From Zootoca vivipara (lineage: Eukaryota): a DNA stretch of 64,000 bases. Shown here one piece after another: positions 1 through 26,008 of the stretch. The stretch's first letter is position 1; each line of letters opens with the position of its first letter. The notes under the pieces are model-generated. The model worked only from the letters and a program-made list of their open reading frames with translations, was not told where the DNA came from and searched no databases. The translations under genes and the position numbers were made by a program. The stretch covers positions 12,276,001 to 12,340,000 of the forward strand of contig NC_083277.1 of NCBI RefSeq assembly GCF_963506605.1, in the 5' to 3' direction.

Positions 1-1016
1 AGGGGCACCCAGCAGGGCTGCAGAATTGCTAAATGATCCGACTTCTTTCTGCTTTGCTTTTAAAAAATCTTTTTCTTCCTGCCCTTCCCTTCACATCTCG
101 TTCGATTGCTAAAAAGGGGAGAGCGCAGCAGGCACCCAAGCAAGCCATGATCTCCTCCTGCCCACCGCTTCTGCCTCGCTCCCCGGGATTTCCCCCATTC
201 TTCCTCTTCCACCTTTCCAAGGTTTGGGGGGGGGGGTGTTTGGGGAGTGTGTGAGCGGCGGAGGGAGAGGAAACAAAGGAAAACTCAAAAGCCCTGCAGC
301 CGCTCCCTCTCCACCCCACACCGCTTCCAGATTCATCATTATCAAAATCTAAGACAGAATCAGAAAAAGTGGGGCGAGGGGGAGAAAAGATGGGAGCCCA
401 CCCCACCCCCTTCTCCAGGAGGCCAAGCGCCCCCGTTTCTGGACCCTCACCTGCAATGGCTAAATTGCGCACAGGCTCCTCCAGGATGCAATTCACCAAG
501 GTTGGGGGGTGCCACCCCACCCCCAGATCCAATGTCTCCGCTAGATCTCTTGGGATTCAGACAGCCTGGCTGCTGGGAAATGTAGTTCTCCCCCCCCTTA
601 TCTCTCTCTCTCTCTCTCGCCCCCTCCTTTGCGTCCGCCCCGCACAAAAACCAAGCAGAGGGGATTCTGGGAGCTGTAGTTCCCCCAGCGCAACCCTCGC
701 CTGTGATTTATAAGCAAACGCAAGGCTATCGGGAGCACTGGTATTAAAAATATAAGGAAGGCCTGCGATGGGCTTGCCTTTTTCAAAACCAAACAGAAAG
801 CAACAACAGCTTTTGGGGGGTTATAAGCTCATCGTGGTTTTATTCTGATCAAGTCCATGCCCCAAATCCGCTAAAGTGTTTTATGTTTCCTAAATGGTGT
901 GTTTTATGACGTCACGACTCTCGTCTGATTTGCTGCTGAAGAACATCTTTGGTTTAAAAGGGAGGTCAGAGTGAACTAGCTGTTAGGTTGCGTTTATTGC
1001 TTAGAGAAAAACAAGA

Positions 1017-1098
1017 GTTGGTAGACCACGGGACTCTTAATCTCAGGGTCATGGGTTCGAGTTTGGGCAAAAGATTTCTGCATTGCAGGGAGTTGGAC
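1017..1098 (+). mobile_element. tRNA-Lys(CTT)-headed SINE with CR1-like tail, interrupted by Bov-B
   Basis: ggtagaccacgggactcttaatctcagggtcatgggttcgag...tgcattgcagggagttggact. Confidence 0.7.
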
Positions 1099-2082
1099 TT
1101 TGTTGTTGTTTAGTCGTTTAGTTGTGTCCGACTCTTTGTGACCCCATAGACCAGAGCACGCCAGGCACTCCTGTCTCGCACTGCCTCCCGCAGTTTGGTC
1201 AGACTCATGTTGGTAGCTTTGAGAACACTGTCCAACCATCCCATCTCATCCTCTGTCGTCCCCTTCTCCTTTTGCCCTCAATCTTTCCCAACATCGGAGT
1301 TTTTTCCAGGGAGTCTCCTCTTCTCATGAGGTGGCCAAAGTATTGGAGCCTCAGCTTCACGATCTGTCCTTCCAGTGAGCACTCAGGGCTGATTTCCTTA
1401 AGAATGGATAGGTTTGATCTTCTTGCAGTCCTTGGGACTCTCAAAAGTCTCCTCCAGCACCATAATTCAAAAGCATCAATTCTTCGGCGATCAGCCTTCT
1501 TTATGGTCCAGCTCTCACTTCCATACATCACTACTGGGAAAACCATAGCTTTAACTATATAGACCTTTGTCAGCAAGGTGATGTCTCTGCTTTTTAAGAT
1601 GTTGTCTAGGTTTGTCATTGCTTTTCTCCCAAGAAGCAGGCGTCTTTTAATTTCGTGACTGCTGTCACCATCTGCAGTGATCAAGGAGCCCAGGAAAGTA
1701 AAATCTCTCACTGCCTCCATTTCTTCCCCTTCTATTTGCCAGGAGTTGATGGGACCAGTGGCCATGATCTTAGTTTTTTTGATGTTGAACTTCAGACCAT
1801 ATTTTGCGCTCTCCTCTTCCACCATCATTAAAAGGTTCTTTAATTCCTCCTCACTTTCTGCCATCAAGGTTGTGTCATCTGCATATCTGAGGTTGTTGAT
1901 ATTTCTTCCGGCGATCTTAATTCCGGCTTGGGATTCATCTAGTCCAGCCTTTCGCATGATGAATTCTGCATATAAGTTAAATAAGCAAGGAGACAATATA
2001 CAACCTTGTCGTACTCCTTTCCAAATTTTGAACCAGTCAGATGTTCCATATTCAGTTCTAACTGTAGCTTCTTGTCCCACAT
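1099..2082 (-). mobile_element. Bov-B (RTE) LINE, 5'-truncated, reverse transcriptase fragment
   Basis: ORF 1205-2110 with GVRQGCILSP and LRYADD motifs; (CAA)n tail; inserted into a tRNA-derived SINE. Confidence 0.93.
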
Positions 2083-2453
2083 AGACTAGACGATTATAAA
2101 ATTGTCTCATTCACTGCAGCACAACCTTCTCTCAGACCAGACCAGGCTGAGGTTGCTACAGGGTAGAATTTAGGATTGCCAGAGCCTCTGTTTGCTTTTG
2201 GATTTCCAGATCTTTTCCCTCAAAAGGCACCCTAGTCTAGTCCTTTCACTTATAGGGATATAATGAAAAAACACTCATAACGCATTCTGTTGTTGTTTTT
2301 AAATACAGCACCTCGCTTGTATTTGAGCTTCATTAGCAAAATATGGTTCAATGGTTCTAATTACTCCATAGCTCCCTGCTCCCAATGAACTTACATAGTG
2401 ACTGCGGAGAAATGAATATGAGTGAGTTCGGTCGCGGTTGGCAAGAATGAGAA

Positions 2454-2498
<45 letters not shown>

Positions 2499-2769
2499 GA
2501 CTGTATTATTATACCGCCCTTCATTCGAAGATCTCAGGATGGTTCCCAGAACAAAAATGAACGGTAAAAACACAAAATGCATAATAAAAACAGAAACAAA
2601 TCTCTAACTCCCCTCCTCCTTCCACAAACATGTAAAAGGATATGAGATGTCTGTCAGCCCAAATCCTGATTAAACAGGAACATTTTTACCTGGCACCTAA
2701 AGATGACTAATGAGGGTGCCCGGCGAGCTTCCCAGGGGAGAAAATTTCACAAATGAAGACAATTTGAAC

Positions 2770-2940
2770 AACAGTCACAACAGAATGGAATGCCTCTGTC
2801 ACATGACTCACAACCGGCCAATCACATGGCTGAAACTCAGGACGCAAGGGAGAAATGTGCTAAGAGGAAGGCACGCTTGGCAAACCTTAACCGTGATCAA
2901 CTCCGCCCGGGAACCAATGTCCCCACTGTGGAAGGAGCTA
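2770..2940 (+). mobile_element. RTE-type LINE C-terminal fragment
   Basis: EKCAKRKARLANL...CPHCGR-like zinc-knuckle tail with frameshift. Confidence 0.45.
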
Positions 2941-3184
2941 TTGCGCCAACCAGGAGCTATTGCGCCAACCGCCCGTCTTGCTGATACACAGCAAAAGCAG
3001 GGCTTTGGTTAAAAGCATTGGCTTTCCTCCTCCGCAGAACTAGCCCCGGCGTTCAGGAGGTTCCATCAGCCTCCAGGGACAGACCATCCAATCTGGCCTT
3101 ACCACCCATCCAGACTTTATGAGATGGTGGTCCAGGCTGCACACAGCACCTCTTGGATGTACACAGAAGCCTATTTATAGTTCT

Positions 3185-3555
3185 ATTTTTTTTCTGAATA
3201 AATTTTTATTTATTTTCAATCAACATTGGTGCATCATAAACATTATATACATTATATACATCAAGATCTACGGCGTGACTTCCCTCCTTCCAGCCGATGG
3301 TAAGTTATTTCACTCTTATATCGTATTATCTAATTAAATATATATGTACCATTGTGAGAGTTATGTTATAACCACTAACGTTTTCATACCTTTATAATTG
3401 GTCTTAGCATATTCAACAAATTTACTCCATTGCAGTTTGAACTTTCCTTCATCCTGATCCCGGATTCTATAGGTTAGATTGGCCATTTCCATGTAATCCA
3501 GAAGCTTCGACTGCCACTCACTCATTGATGGAATATCGTTAACTTTCCATTTCCT
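3185..3555 (-). mobile_element. L1-like LINE 3' end
   Basis: Minus-strand ...LTYRIRDQDEGKFKLQWSKFVEY, AT-rich 3'UTR, AATAAA and poly(A). Confidence 0.55.
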
Positions 3556-4013
3556 AGAACTGGGCTATAGTTCTAGGAAGAAACGGCACGCAGTCGTGGG
3601 CATATGATGCCAGTGGGCACCCCGACGCTAAAATATTAAAGTATAACTCCTGCTCATTGAGCAATAGCAGCTGGTTGGAATCAGGTTTTTCAAAAATCCA
3701 CTCACCTTCCTTGACTTGCTACCGGTCTGCTGGCAGCTCTCACCTTCTTGCATTCCTTCTCTTGCAACATGGTTCCCAGTTTATGTGCCACTGGGAGTCT
3801 AGACATGTTCTGGACAGGCATGTGAGTCGTGTATGTGAGTGCCAGGCTTTCCCCTGCCCCTCCCTACCCGGAGCAAAGCTCCACCCGATCGCCAACTGCT
3901 GTATTTTAATTTTTAAAAAAACTTTGATTTTTACTACCAGTCTGATTTTGAAACCCCACGATGGAATTGTGTTTTAGTTGACAAGATGTGTGAAGCACTT
4001 AAAAGTGTTTTTG

Positions 4014-4137
4014 CCTGGATTACTCAGCTGGTTAGAGCATGGTGCTGATAACGCCAAGGTTGCAGGTTCGATCCTGCATATTTTTCTGCATTGAAGGGGA
4101 TTGGACTAGACAATCCTCGGGGTCTCTTCCAACTATA
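4014..4137 (+). mobile_element. tRNA-Ile-headed SINE with CR1-like tail
   Basis: ctcagctggttagagcatggtgctgataacgccaaggttgcaggttcgatcc followed by ttggactagacaatcctcggggtctcttccaact. Confidence 0.7.
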
Positions 4138-4977
4138 ATACAATTGGAGAGGCGGGAAGCTCTCTAAGTGGCTCACATAATACAAAACGTTCCTAAGAAA
4201 ATACAGATAAAAACCAATGCGCTTTTAAAAAAAACCACACACAACCAAGCACACCTAATAAAATTAGGCAAATCTAGATAAAATTCAGTTGTAAAGCCAA
4301 TATACATAATATAAAAATCGCAAGTCTGGGGAGGCCTGTCTTAAACTAAAAAGTTTGCAGCTGGCCTTGAAAAACGTACAAATGCACCTGCAGAGAGACA
4401 GGTGCATTGAAAAACGTACAAATGCACCTGCCATGTCGCCCGGCCTGCGCCTCCAAAGGTGGCTTGCTAGCCTCAGGTGAGGTCGAAGAGGCTGCCGTCC
4501 TCTCGCCAGCATTGAAGCACGATTCGGCTGCCTGCGTGGTCAGCTTCTGCCGCCTCTTCCCTTTGCCTCAAGCCGCAAAATGTCTTGGGCCGGCCCTGGG
4601 TGTGGAGGGAAAAGGTAAATGGTGGCTTTTCCCTCCCACCCCCAACAAGCTACAACCTGCAGAGAGACAGGTTGTAGCTTCACTAAATATTGAAATACGA
4701 CATGTGATCGGGTTGTAGCTTTTGCAAAAGCACTCAGCTTTTCGGCAGAGGGGAGCGGGCAGCAGTATTTTGAAACTAAAGACAAAACCAGCAAGATAAG
4801 CTTTGCTCTCTGTCTGGACTGTGCTGTGCCTCTGTCTATTCCACCCCAGCATCATTTGCCAGCAATAAGGGACACAGCTCTCTTGTTCGACCGATACGAG
4901 TTGCCTGTATTGTGGTGCTTGAAAACTAGGGGGAAGGGAAAAGAAGCAAGAGAAAATGGTTCTGGTCACATATTAAG

Positions 4978-4983
4978 TTTATT
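4978..4983 (-). terminator. Probable ATF6B polyadenylation signal AATAAA
   Basis: First minus-strand AATAAA downstream of the stop (~610 nt 3'UTR). Confidence 0.6.
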
Positions 4984-5591
4984 TTGCAGCTATTATTTAT
5001 CTTCTTTTAAAATAAAAAACACACAAGGATCCAAAGGGGGCAGGTCTAAGTGCCATCAGAGTAACTGGGAGGGGAGTACACACACTCACACACTCACTCT
5101 CTCTCTGCATTTTGCAAACTTCCCTTTGCCCCTCTCCTAGACAGACAGACAGACAGAGAGACAGCCACACACACACACGATTGGAGACAGTAGTTTAAAA
5201 TAGACACCCTTCCTCACTCTCCCACATTTCCCCGAATGCACAGGTTCCTTAGCCTCAGCCACCAGGGGGCAGCAGAGGCGCACAGAATGTCTCAACTGGG
5301 CCACACGGTGGGGGGGGGTGTTGGGGGGAGGTAGTGGCCGCGGTGCCAACCCCCAGCACCCCGAACCGCAGGAGCCAATCCCCACTGACCCCTCCTGGAG
5401 GCAGCCGCGAGACCAGCTGACAGAAGTGGTATAGCCCGTTCCTTGACACGAGCCAGGAGTTCCACTGAGGGGGCAGGTCCGTTCCCCTGGCAGGAGGGCC
5501 CCCACTTTCCGTTAAGGGTGCTCTTCTCCCCGGTGTCGTCGGGGGGGCGGGGGCTCCCTTTTCTACCCTTTCCAGCAGGGGCCGGGCTGGG

Positions 5592-19298
<13,707 letters not shown>

Positions 19299-20088
19299 CT
19301 TCCTTCCGCCTTCCCGGTACACTACGCTGCACTGTCGACTCCGACTCCCGCCCCCGCCGCTGCCATAACAACAGAAGCGCCCAATAGGACGCCGGTTCCG
19401 ACGCCACCTCGGCCAACCAGAGCGAGCAAGAGGCGGGTCACGGCCACAATATCCACCAGTGGAGAAGGATGATGATACGGAAGTTGTACCGAGCCGGAAC
19501 GCACGCGGAGAAGGCGGAAGGCGAAAGTGCGCTTGCGCGCGGCGGTTGCTATAAACAGCGCGCAAGCGCATTATGGAATACGAAGTGGTTTTCTTTTTAA
19601 TGTGCGCTTGTTTTGTGGGATGCCTCACGGAGCCACCCTTGTATCGAAGGACGCATGCGCATTGGGGAAACTGCGCAGCGGCAGCGCTTGTCCCCGGACG
19701 CCTTGAAATTCCAGCGCGAGGGATTGAGCCGGCACCACGCTGCATCAACGCGTTCCATGAGGCATGGGTGGGGTAAGTATTAACGGCGCACGCGCACTGA
19801 TAAAATAGAGGTTTCAGGCGCTGCGCTGCGTTTGCGCGTGTATTAGAATCTTGGAAGAGCGCATGCGTATAGAAGGGGAAAACAATACATTGACGCGCAA
19901 GTGCTTATGGGAGTTGTAGTTTGGTTTTATTTTGTAAATGAGGGGTTTCTATTCCTTTTGAGAATTATTATTATTATTAGGCCTCTTTGGCCCTTGAAAA
20001 ATGTTGGATAAGTGGCATATTCTTAGTCTCAGTTTCCTGTTTGTAAAATGAAAACAGCATCATTCCTCTCACACGGGTGTTTTAAGGA

Positions 20089-20756
20089 TTGTTGTTGTTT
20101 AGTCGTTTAGTCGTGTCCGACTCCTCGTGACCCCATGGACCAGAGCAAGCCAGGCACTCCTGTCTTCCACTGCCTCCTGCAGTTTGGTCAAACTCTTCTT
20201 CGTAGCTTCGAGAACACTGTCCAACCATCTCGTCCTCTGTTGTCTTCTTCTCCTTGTGCCCTCCATCTTTCCCAACATCAGGGTCTTTTCCTGGGAGTCT
20301 TCTCTTCTCATGAGGTGGCCAAAGTATTGGAGCCTCAGCTTCAGGATCTGTCCTTCCAGTGAGCACTCAGGGCTGATTTCCTTCAGAATGGATAGGTTTG
20401 ATCTTCTTGCAGTCCATGGGACTCTCAAGAGTCTCCTCCATCACCATAATTCAAAAGCATCAATTCTTCGGTGATCAGCCTTCTTTATGGTTCAGCTCTC
20501 ACTTCCATACACCACTACTAGGAAAACCATAGCTTTAACTATACGGACCTTTGTCGGCAAGGGGATGTCTCTGCTTTTTAAGATGTTGTCTAGGTTTGTC
20601 ATTGCTTTTCTCCCAAGAAGCAGGCATTTTTTAATTTCGTGATTGCTGTCACCATCTGCAGTGATCATTTCTTCCCCTTCTATTTGCCAGGAGGTGATGG
20701 GACCAGTGGCCATGATCTTGGTTTTTTTTTTATGTTGAGCTTCAGACCATATTTTG
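20089..20756 (-). mobile_element. Bov-B LINE 3' fragment
   Basis: Closely matches 1099-2082, with an internal deletion. Confidence 0.92.
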
Positions 20757-23454
20757 TTTTAATGATAGTAAGGCACATTTTATATCATATTGCACTTAAG
20801 GTTGCTGTCCTTTTTATTCATGCATCTTTCTGGCTCTATTTGTATCTATTTTAACAAGCAGTCTGGTGCACAGGTATTTTAACAAATGACACTTCTCCTT
20901 GTATGGAGCTACAGAGTCAAAAAAGAGAAATGCGTTCCGCTGCCGATGGTTGATGTTTAAAGATGCTAGGAGCACAAGGGACTATTTATTCATTTATATG
21001 TTTAAAAACCCATCATTTTTGTTTTGAAAAAAAACCAATACAAATAAAAAATATGCCAGATTTAAAATGCCATTTACTTATTTATTTTATATAAAAATTT
21101 GTATGCCGCTTGATTGTAAAAATGAAACAAAACCTCAAAGTAGATGTGGCACATAGTCCCTTGTTTTGCCAGGACAGCAGGGGAAATTGTGGCAAACTTT
21201 TTCAGAGGCACATCAGGGAATTGGGTGTTATCAACTAGTCAAGGGAAGCTTGCCATGAGTGATCTCATTGCCCCACAGCACGACTGATTTGGCATGATAT
21301 GCTGTAGATGTAGCTATAATATTATCAAAGAGTGGGGTATGAAATAACTTCAGGTTTCCTTTGCTTTTACTACTCTCTCTTATCTGCCATCAAATCTAGA
21401 TTTGCAAAGAAACGCTTCTCCTTCCCTTTGTTTATATTCCAGCAGAAGCAGCCAGTTCCTAAGGTTGCAACATTTTTCCAGCAGCAGAACAAATTTAGAC
21501 AGGGAAGATTTTCCCAGGAAAAAGTGGGTGCAGGGAGCCTACTTGAATAAAATATTGGGGGGGGGGCTAGGTAAGCCCCACCCCACATAATCAATCACAT
21601 GACGTGGTGCCCACACACCATTTGAATGGCAATGCCCATCAACCTGGGGGGTGCACCCCCCTCAAATATTTTATGGGGGGCGAAGATCCCCTGGCCCCTA
21701 GGAGTTGGCTCCTATGAATGGGTGTGAGAAGATTTTATATTGATAGATTGCTGCTAAGGTTACCAGGGGCAGCCCCCCCAAAATAAAAGTACAACCCTGT
21801 CAATTCCCTGGAGAGGGAAGGGACTCATAGAAAGTGTGTGTTGATGTGGATATCCAAAATTGGACAAATCTCAAAATACGGAAATTGTTCATGGGATGCT
21901 GAAGGGTCCTACCAACCAAAAGTCAAAGAAGCCCTTCCTGATCGTCCCACCCTCACCATTATGAGACAGGTGATTGAACTTCAGTAAATAACGTAAGTAA
22001 TAATCATGTTTAAATCATGCTGCTTCCTCAAAAGAATCCTGGGAACTGCAGTTTGTTAAGGATGCTGGGAAATAGTGGCTTTGTGAAATGGAAACTTCAG
22101 TTCCCAAGATTGCTTGGGGGAAGCTATGTGCTTTAAATGTACGGAGTGCAGCAAGCCTTAGGAAGAACAGTTGAAAGAGCTGATTATGTTTAGTCTGGAT
22201 CAGAAAATATTAAAGGGAGGCATGAGAGCAGCCCTCAAGTATCTGAAGGACTGTGGAGTGGAACTGTTCACTGTTGCACCCAAGGACAGGACTAGACCCA
22301 ATGAGGTGGAAACTGTGAGGAAGCAGATTTTGGCTAAGCGTTAGGTGATGTTTCCTGACATCATGAACGGTTTGACAGCAGAATGGGCTGCACTGGAAAG
22401 ATATATGGCTTCTGTGGAAGGATAGCTGAAGAGGAAAAAGACTGTTCTTTTCACCTTTGCATCTGTGTTCTTTCTTGGGTTTCTATTTTCCTTTCATCAT
22501 CCCATTTCCTGCCCCAACCCGCGAGTATGAGACTGCAGAAAAAAATACTCCCAAGAGAGAAAAACATTGTGGATCCCATTCTATTTCACAACCATCTCCT
22601 GCAAAACATACCGACCGACCCCCCAAATTATGCTTCTTACAACAAGTTGGTGTATTGGAGCACGCAAAGTGCTTATTTTATTTAAGCAGATTTAAAAGTG
22701 GAATGGTGAGGTGGAGGGGAGGCTAAAGGATGCTCAGGTCCGTTCGATTCCTGCGTGCACGGGAGTTGTCAAACGGACCGTCATTCTCCTCCTGCCATCC
22801 CTCATTTTATTCCATCAGGAATGTGGCTTCTGGATCCCAACTTCTGTCGTGGCAGCAGGGGGGTGTGCCCCTTGGCTGACAGCAGAACTAGTAGATGGTG
22901 GCATTGTGCTTTTTTGCTTGCCTATAAGAAAAGACAACAATATGATATGTGGGTGCTGCCCAGACTGTCAAGAATGCTGATATTAATGCCTGCTCTTATG
23001 GTTAGCAAAGGCTGATACAGAACTACTAACCTGGTTCCCTCCAAACATTTTGGACTACCAGCTCTCTTCAGCCCCAGATAGTGGTCAGGGATGATGGGAA
23101 TTGTAGTCCAACAACTTCTGGAGGGCCACAGGCTTCCCATCCCTGATCTACTTGATCCTTGGAAATGCCAGGAGAATGATACTAAGATACCTAGAGATGG
23201 ACAGCTCTGTCGTCCAACACCATGCTGCCTCTCCCTAGCCTCCAACATTTGTACCCATATCCCTGCCCAAATCACTGAGATCTTCAGAAGAGTTGCTGCT
23301 GGTGGCCCCCCATGGCTCAGATGTGCGGCTCATTTCCTCCAGAAACGCTACATTAGGTATTTGCCCGATTCTGTAGAGCTGCCTCCCAGCTGAGATTAGA
23401 CAGGTCCCCTTCCCATTGAACGCCTGGCAAAGACTTCTTTTTCTTTCAGGTACC

Positions 23455-23610
23455 TTAGAATCATAGAATAGAATTGTAGAGCTGGAAGGGACCATGAGGG
23501 TTGTCTAGTCAAACCCCCTGCAATGGAGAGATATTTTGCCCAATGTGGGGCTCGAACCCACAACCTTGAGATTAAGAGTCTCCATGTGCAGTACTGACTG
23601 AGCTGTCCCA
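23455..23610 (-). mobile_element. tRNA-Lys-headed SINE with CR1 tail
   Basis: Reverse complement of cagctcagtcagt...gagactcttaatctcaaggttgtgggttcgagccccacattgggc plus CR1 tail. Confidence 0.75.
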
Positions 23611-25247
23611 GGACTGAAAAATACCTTTCTCCTACAGCTGACATTTTCTGTTTTGATGATCAGTTTGTTTTTGTAAATAGCTTTTATGCGCACTGCTTAG
23701 AGACTTCAGTAATTTAACCCATATTTAAATACCTTTAGTAAATAAGATGACATCTGCTGCCTGTGACAGCTGCCACATTCTGCCTCATAGTAAGGCATGA
23801 AAAACACTTGCATTCCCCAACCCCAAGCAAGGGTATGAATATGAAAGAAGGTCTTGTCTGGGAAGATTTTGGACAACGAATGAAATAAAAAATTGACAAC
23901 GCAAAAAGCAATGGGGGTGGCGGCAGGGGGAAGGAGTCACTGAGAGCAGCAGATGAAGCCACATGTGTTTGGGGTTTGGTTGCAGGGGGGTGGGGGTCCA
24001 ATCAATTGAGAGAAAGATTAAGGGATTTACATAAAAGGTTTTGTGATTCTTTTTTAGGGGGTGATTTAAGGAAGGGGCTTAAGCAGAGGCCTTATTTCCT
24101 GGAAGGGGGCTCTTCCAGAAGATTGGGGCTGGCAGGGAGAGAGGGGGGGTAGGGTGGGGGGGTCACTTACCCAGCGGGCACGCCCCATTCTTGCATGCCA
24201 GCACAGGCTCCCCCAGATCTTCGTTGCGCAGCGATGCTGCTATTCTCCTAGCCACATAGCGGCAAGCTGAATTGGAGAGAGGAAATACTTAGCGATCTGC
24301 TATTTCCCTGGAGGAGATGGACACATCTGTGTGGCTGGTACTGGCTCCTGTCCAGGAATTCAGCCTCTAGTCTAGTGAGCGTTTACTTCCTAGCTTTTTG
24401 CCTGCACACAATGTGCCCCCCCTCCCAATTCTAAGAGAACCCAGGAGTCCAGGCTCCCCTTGCCTCCATTTGCAGACCCTCTACGTACCACCAATTATAA
24501 GTCACACCATGCTTTGGGAAGGAGAGTGCCGGTCAGCTTGGAAATTCTGCTATAGACCCCTTGCATAAACTGGATTATACAAGGCAGGAAGGAAGGAGGT
24601 GGAGTTGAAGAGCAAAGAAAGGCATTATGGGAAATGTAGTTTTATTACCTCTACTACAAGGTCAGGGGTGGGGGGGTAGCCTTGTTGATCTGTCGCTGCG
24701 AAGCAACAAAGGCTTTTAAGCGGCTTAGGCTTAATTGTTAGTCTCTCTAGAATGCCACAGGACTTTTCTACCCCATCTCAGAAAATCCATGAGTCCGTTC
24801 TTGGGGCTGTAATTTGTCTTTAGTGCTGTATTCTTTAAATTGCCATAACCTGCCCTGAGACCTTATGGTGAAGGGCAGGTAAGAAATCAAATAACTAATA
24901 ATAAGGTTGTGTACCTTCCATAGTCTTTTATATGCCCCTTGAGGAGTTTCCAGGCGTCTCCCTGCCACATGTCCATATTTCTTTGCCTTTTTTCTCTTGT
25001 TTTGTTTTTTAAATGACTTGTGGGATTTTCCATCAGCATTGAATCCAGCCAAGTACGGAAGGTGACATCACGTTGCAGGAAGTCCCTGTCTTTCTGTCTT
25101 TACCTGTCCTGATATTAATGTATATGTACTATATTTTAAAAAACCACCGAAACGAAACAAACCTTTCATGCTGGAAAGCAGCAGAATGATTCTGTCAGCT
25201 TAAAGCTTAAAACTTAGGGCATTTTTCATATTACCTGCATTTCTGAC

Positions 25248-26008
25248 CAGCGGCGTACCCAGGATCAAAACTGGGGGGGGGGCAAGCCATGGTCGTTCAG
25301 GGGCAGGGCCAAGGCATGGGAGGGGAGGGGCCACAAAGTGGGAATGTGGGCGGGGCTACGGAGCCCATGTGAAACTGACTCCGGGAAGAAGTTTCATCCT
25401 GGGCGCTGCCGTGGCTCCTGCTGCTGCTGCAGCCCAAGCAGAAGCGGTGGCGGCGTCTGCTGCGCGCTCGGAGGGCGCGCCGACCCAGGAGCTGCACCGC
25501 TGTGGACTATTGTTGCAGCCGCCAGGAGCGGCCCATGTGCAGCCCTCGGAGTTGGGGCCAGCGGGGTTGGGCATGCTGTTGAGCCGCAGCCAGAAGGAGC
25601 ATTAAGTGGTGGCGGCAGCGCCGCCGGGGTTGGGCTGGGCTGGTTAGGGACGCGGCTCCCGCACTGCCCTCACGCTGGAGCTCGAGGACGGGAGGGAGAA
25701 ACGGAGAGGAGGAGGAAGCCGCTTCCCTGTCTCCATTGCTCCTCCTTTCCCTTCGCGCGGGTCCCTTCCTCCCAGTGACGTCGCTAGCCTTTATGCGCGT
25801 CATGGACACCCTGCCCCCCTGGCGGGGTGCCTTCTGATTTGCTGCCCCGGGCTAAGACGCTTCAGGCTCTTCTTGCGGGACCCCGACGCATCTCCAGCTC
25901 AGCTGCAGCCACCGTGAAACAGTACGATTTTTTTAAAAAATTGCTTCTGGGGGGGGGGCAGCTGCCCCTCCCTGCCCCATGCTGACAGCTGCCCCTCCCT
26001 GCCCCATG
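25248..26008. mobile_element. CpG-rich non-autonomous DNA transposon (hAT-type, 8-bp TSD)
   Basis: TSD tttctgac at 25240-25247 and 26009-26016; left end cagcggcgtaccc; right end degraded. Confidence 0.7.

Noticed and set aside
2453-2498. Poly-Ile/Asn/Leu ORFs here and elsewhere
   Set aside because: Translations of (ATT)n tails of L2-related elements and other microsatellites.
4014-4075. Functional tRNA-Ile(GAT) gene
   Set aside because: 3' acceptor stem is missing and it runs into a CR1 tail, so it is a SINE head.
19375-19460. ERSE (CCAAT-N9-CCACG) autoregulatory element in the ATF6B promoter
   Set aside because: CCAAT is present but CCACG does not follow at 9-nt spacing.
22455-22532. Additional 78-nt exon (phase 2-2) for the candidate gene
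   Set aside because: Good splice sites, but I could not link it in phase to the upstream exons, so it is left out of the model.
25248-26008. Native CpG-island promoter or Ala-rich ORFs
   Set aside because: Bounded by an 8-bp TSD; the ORFs are GC-rich artefacts of a transposon.
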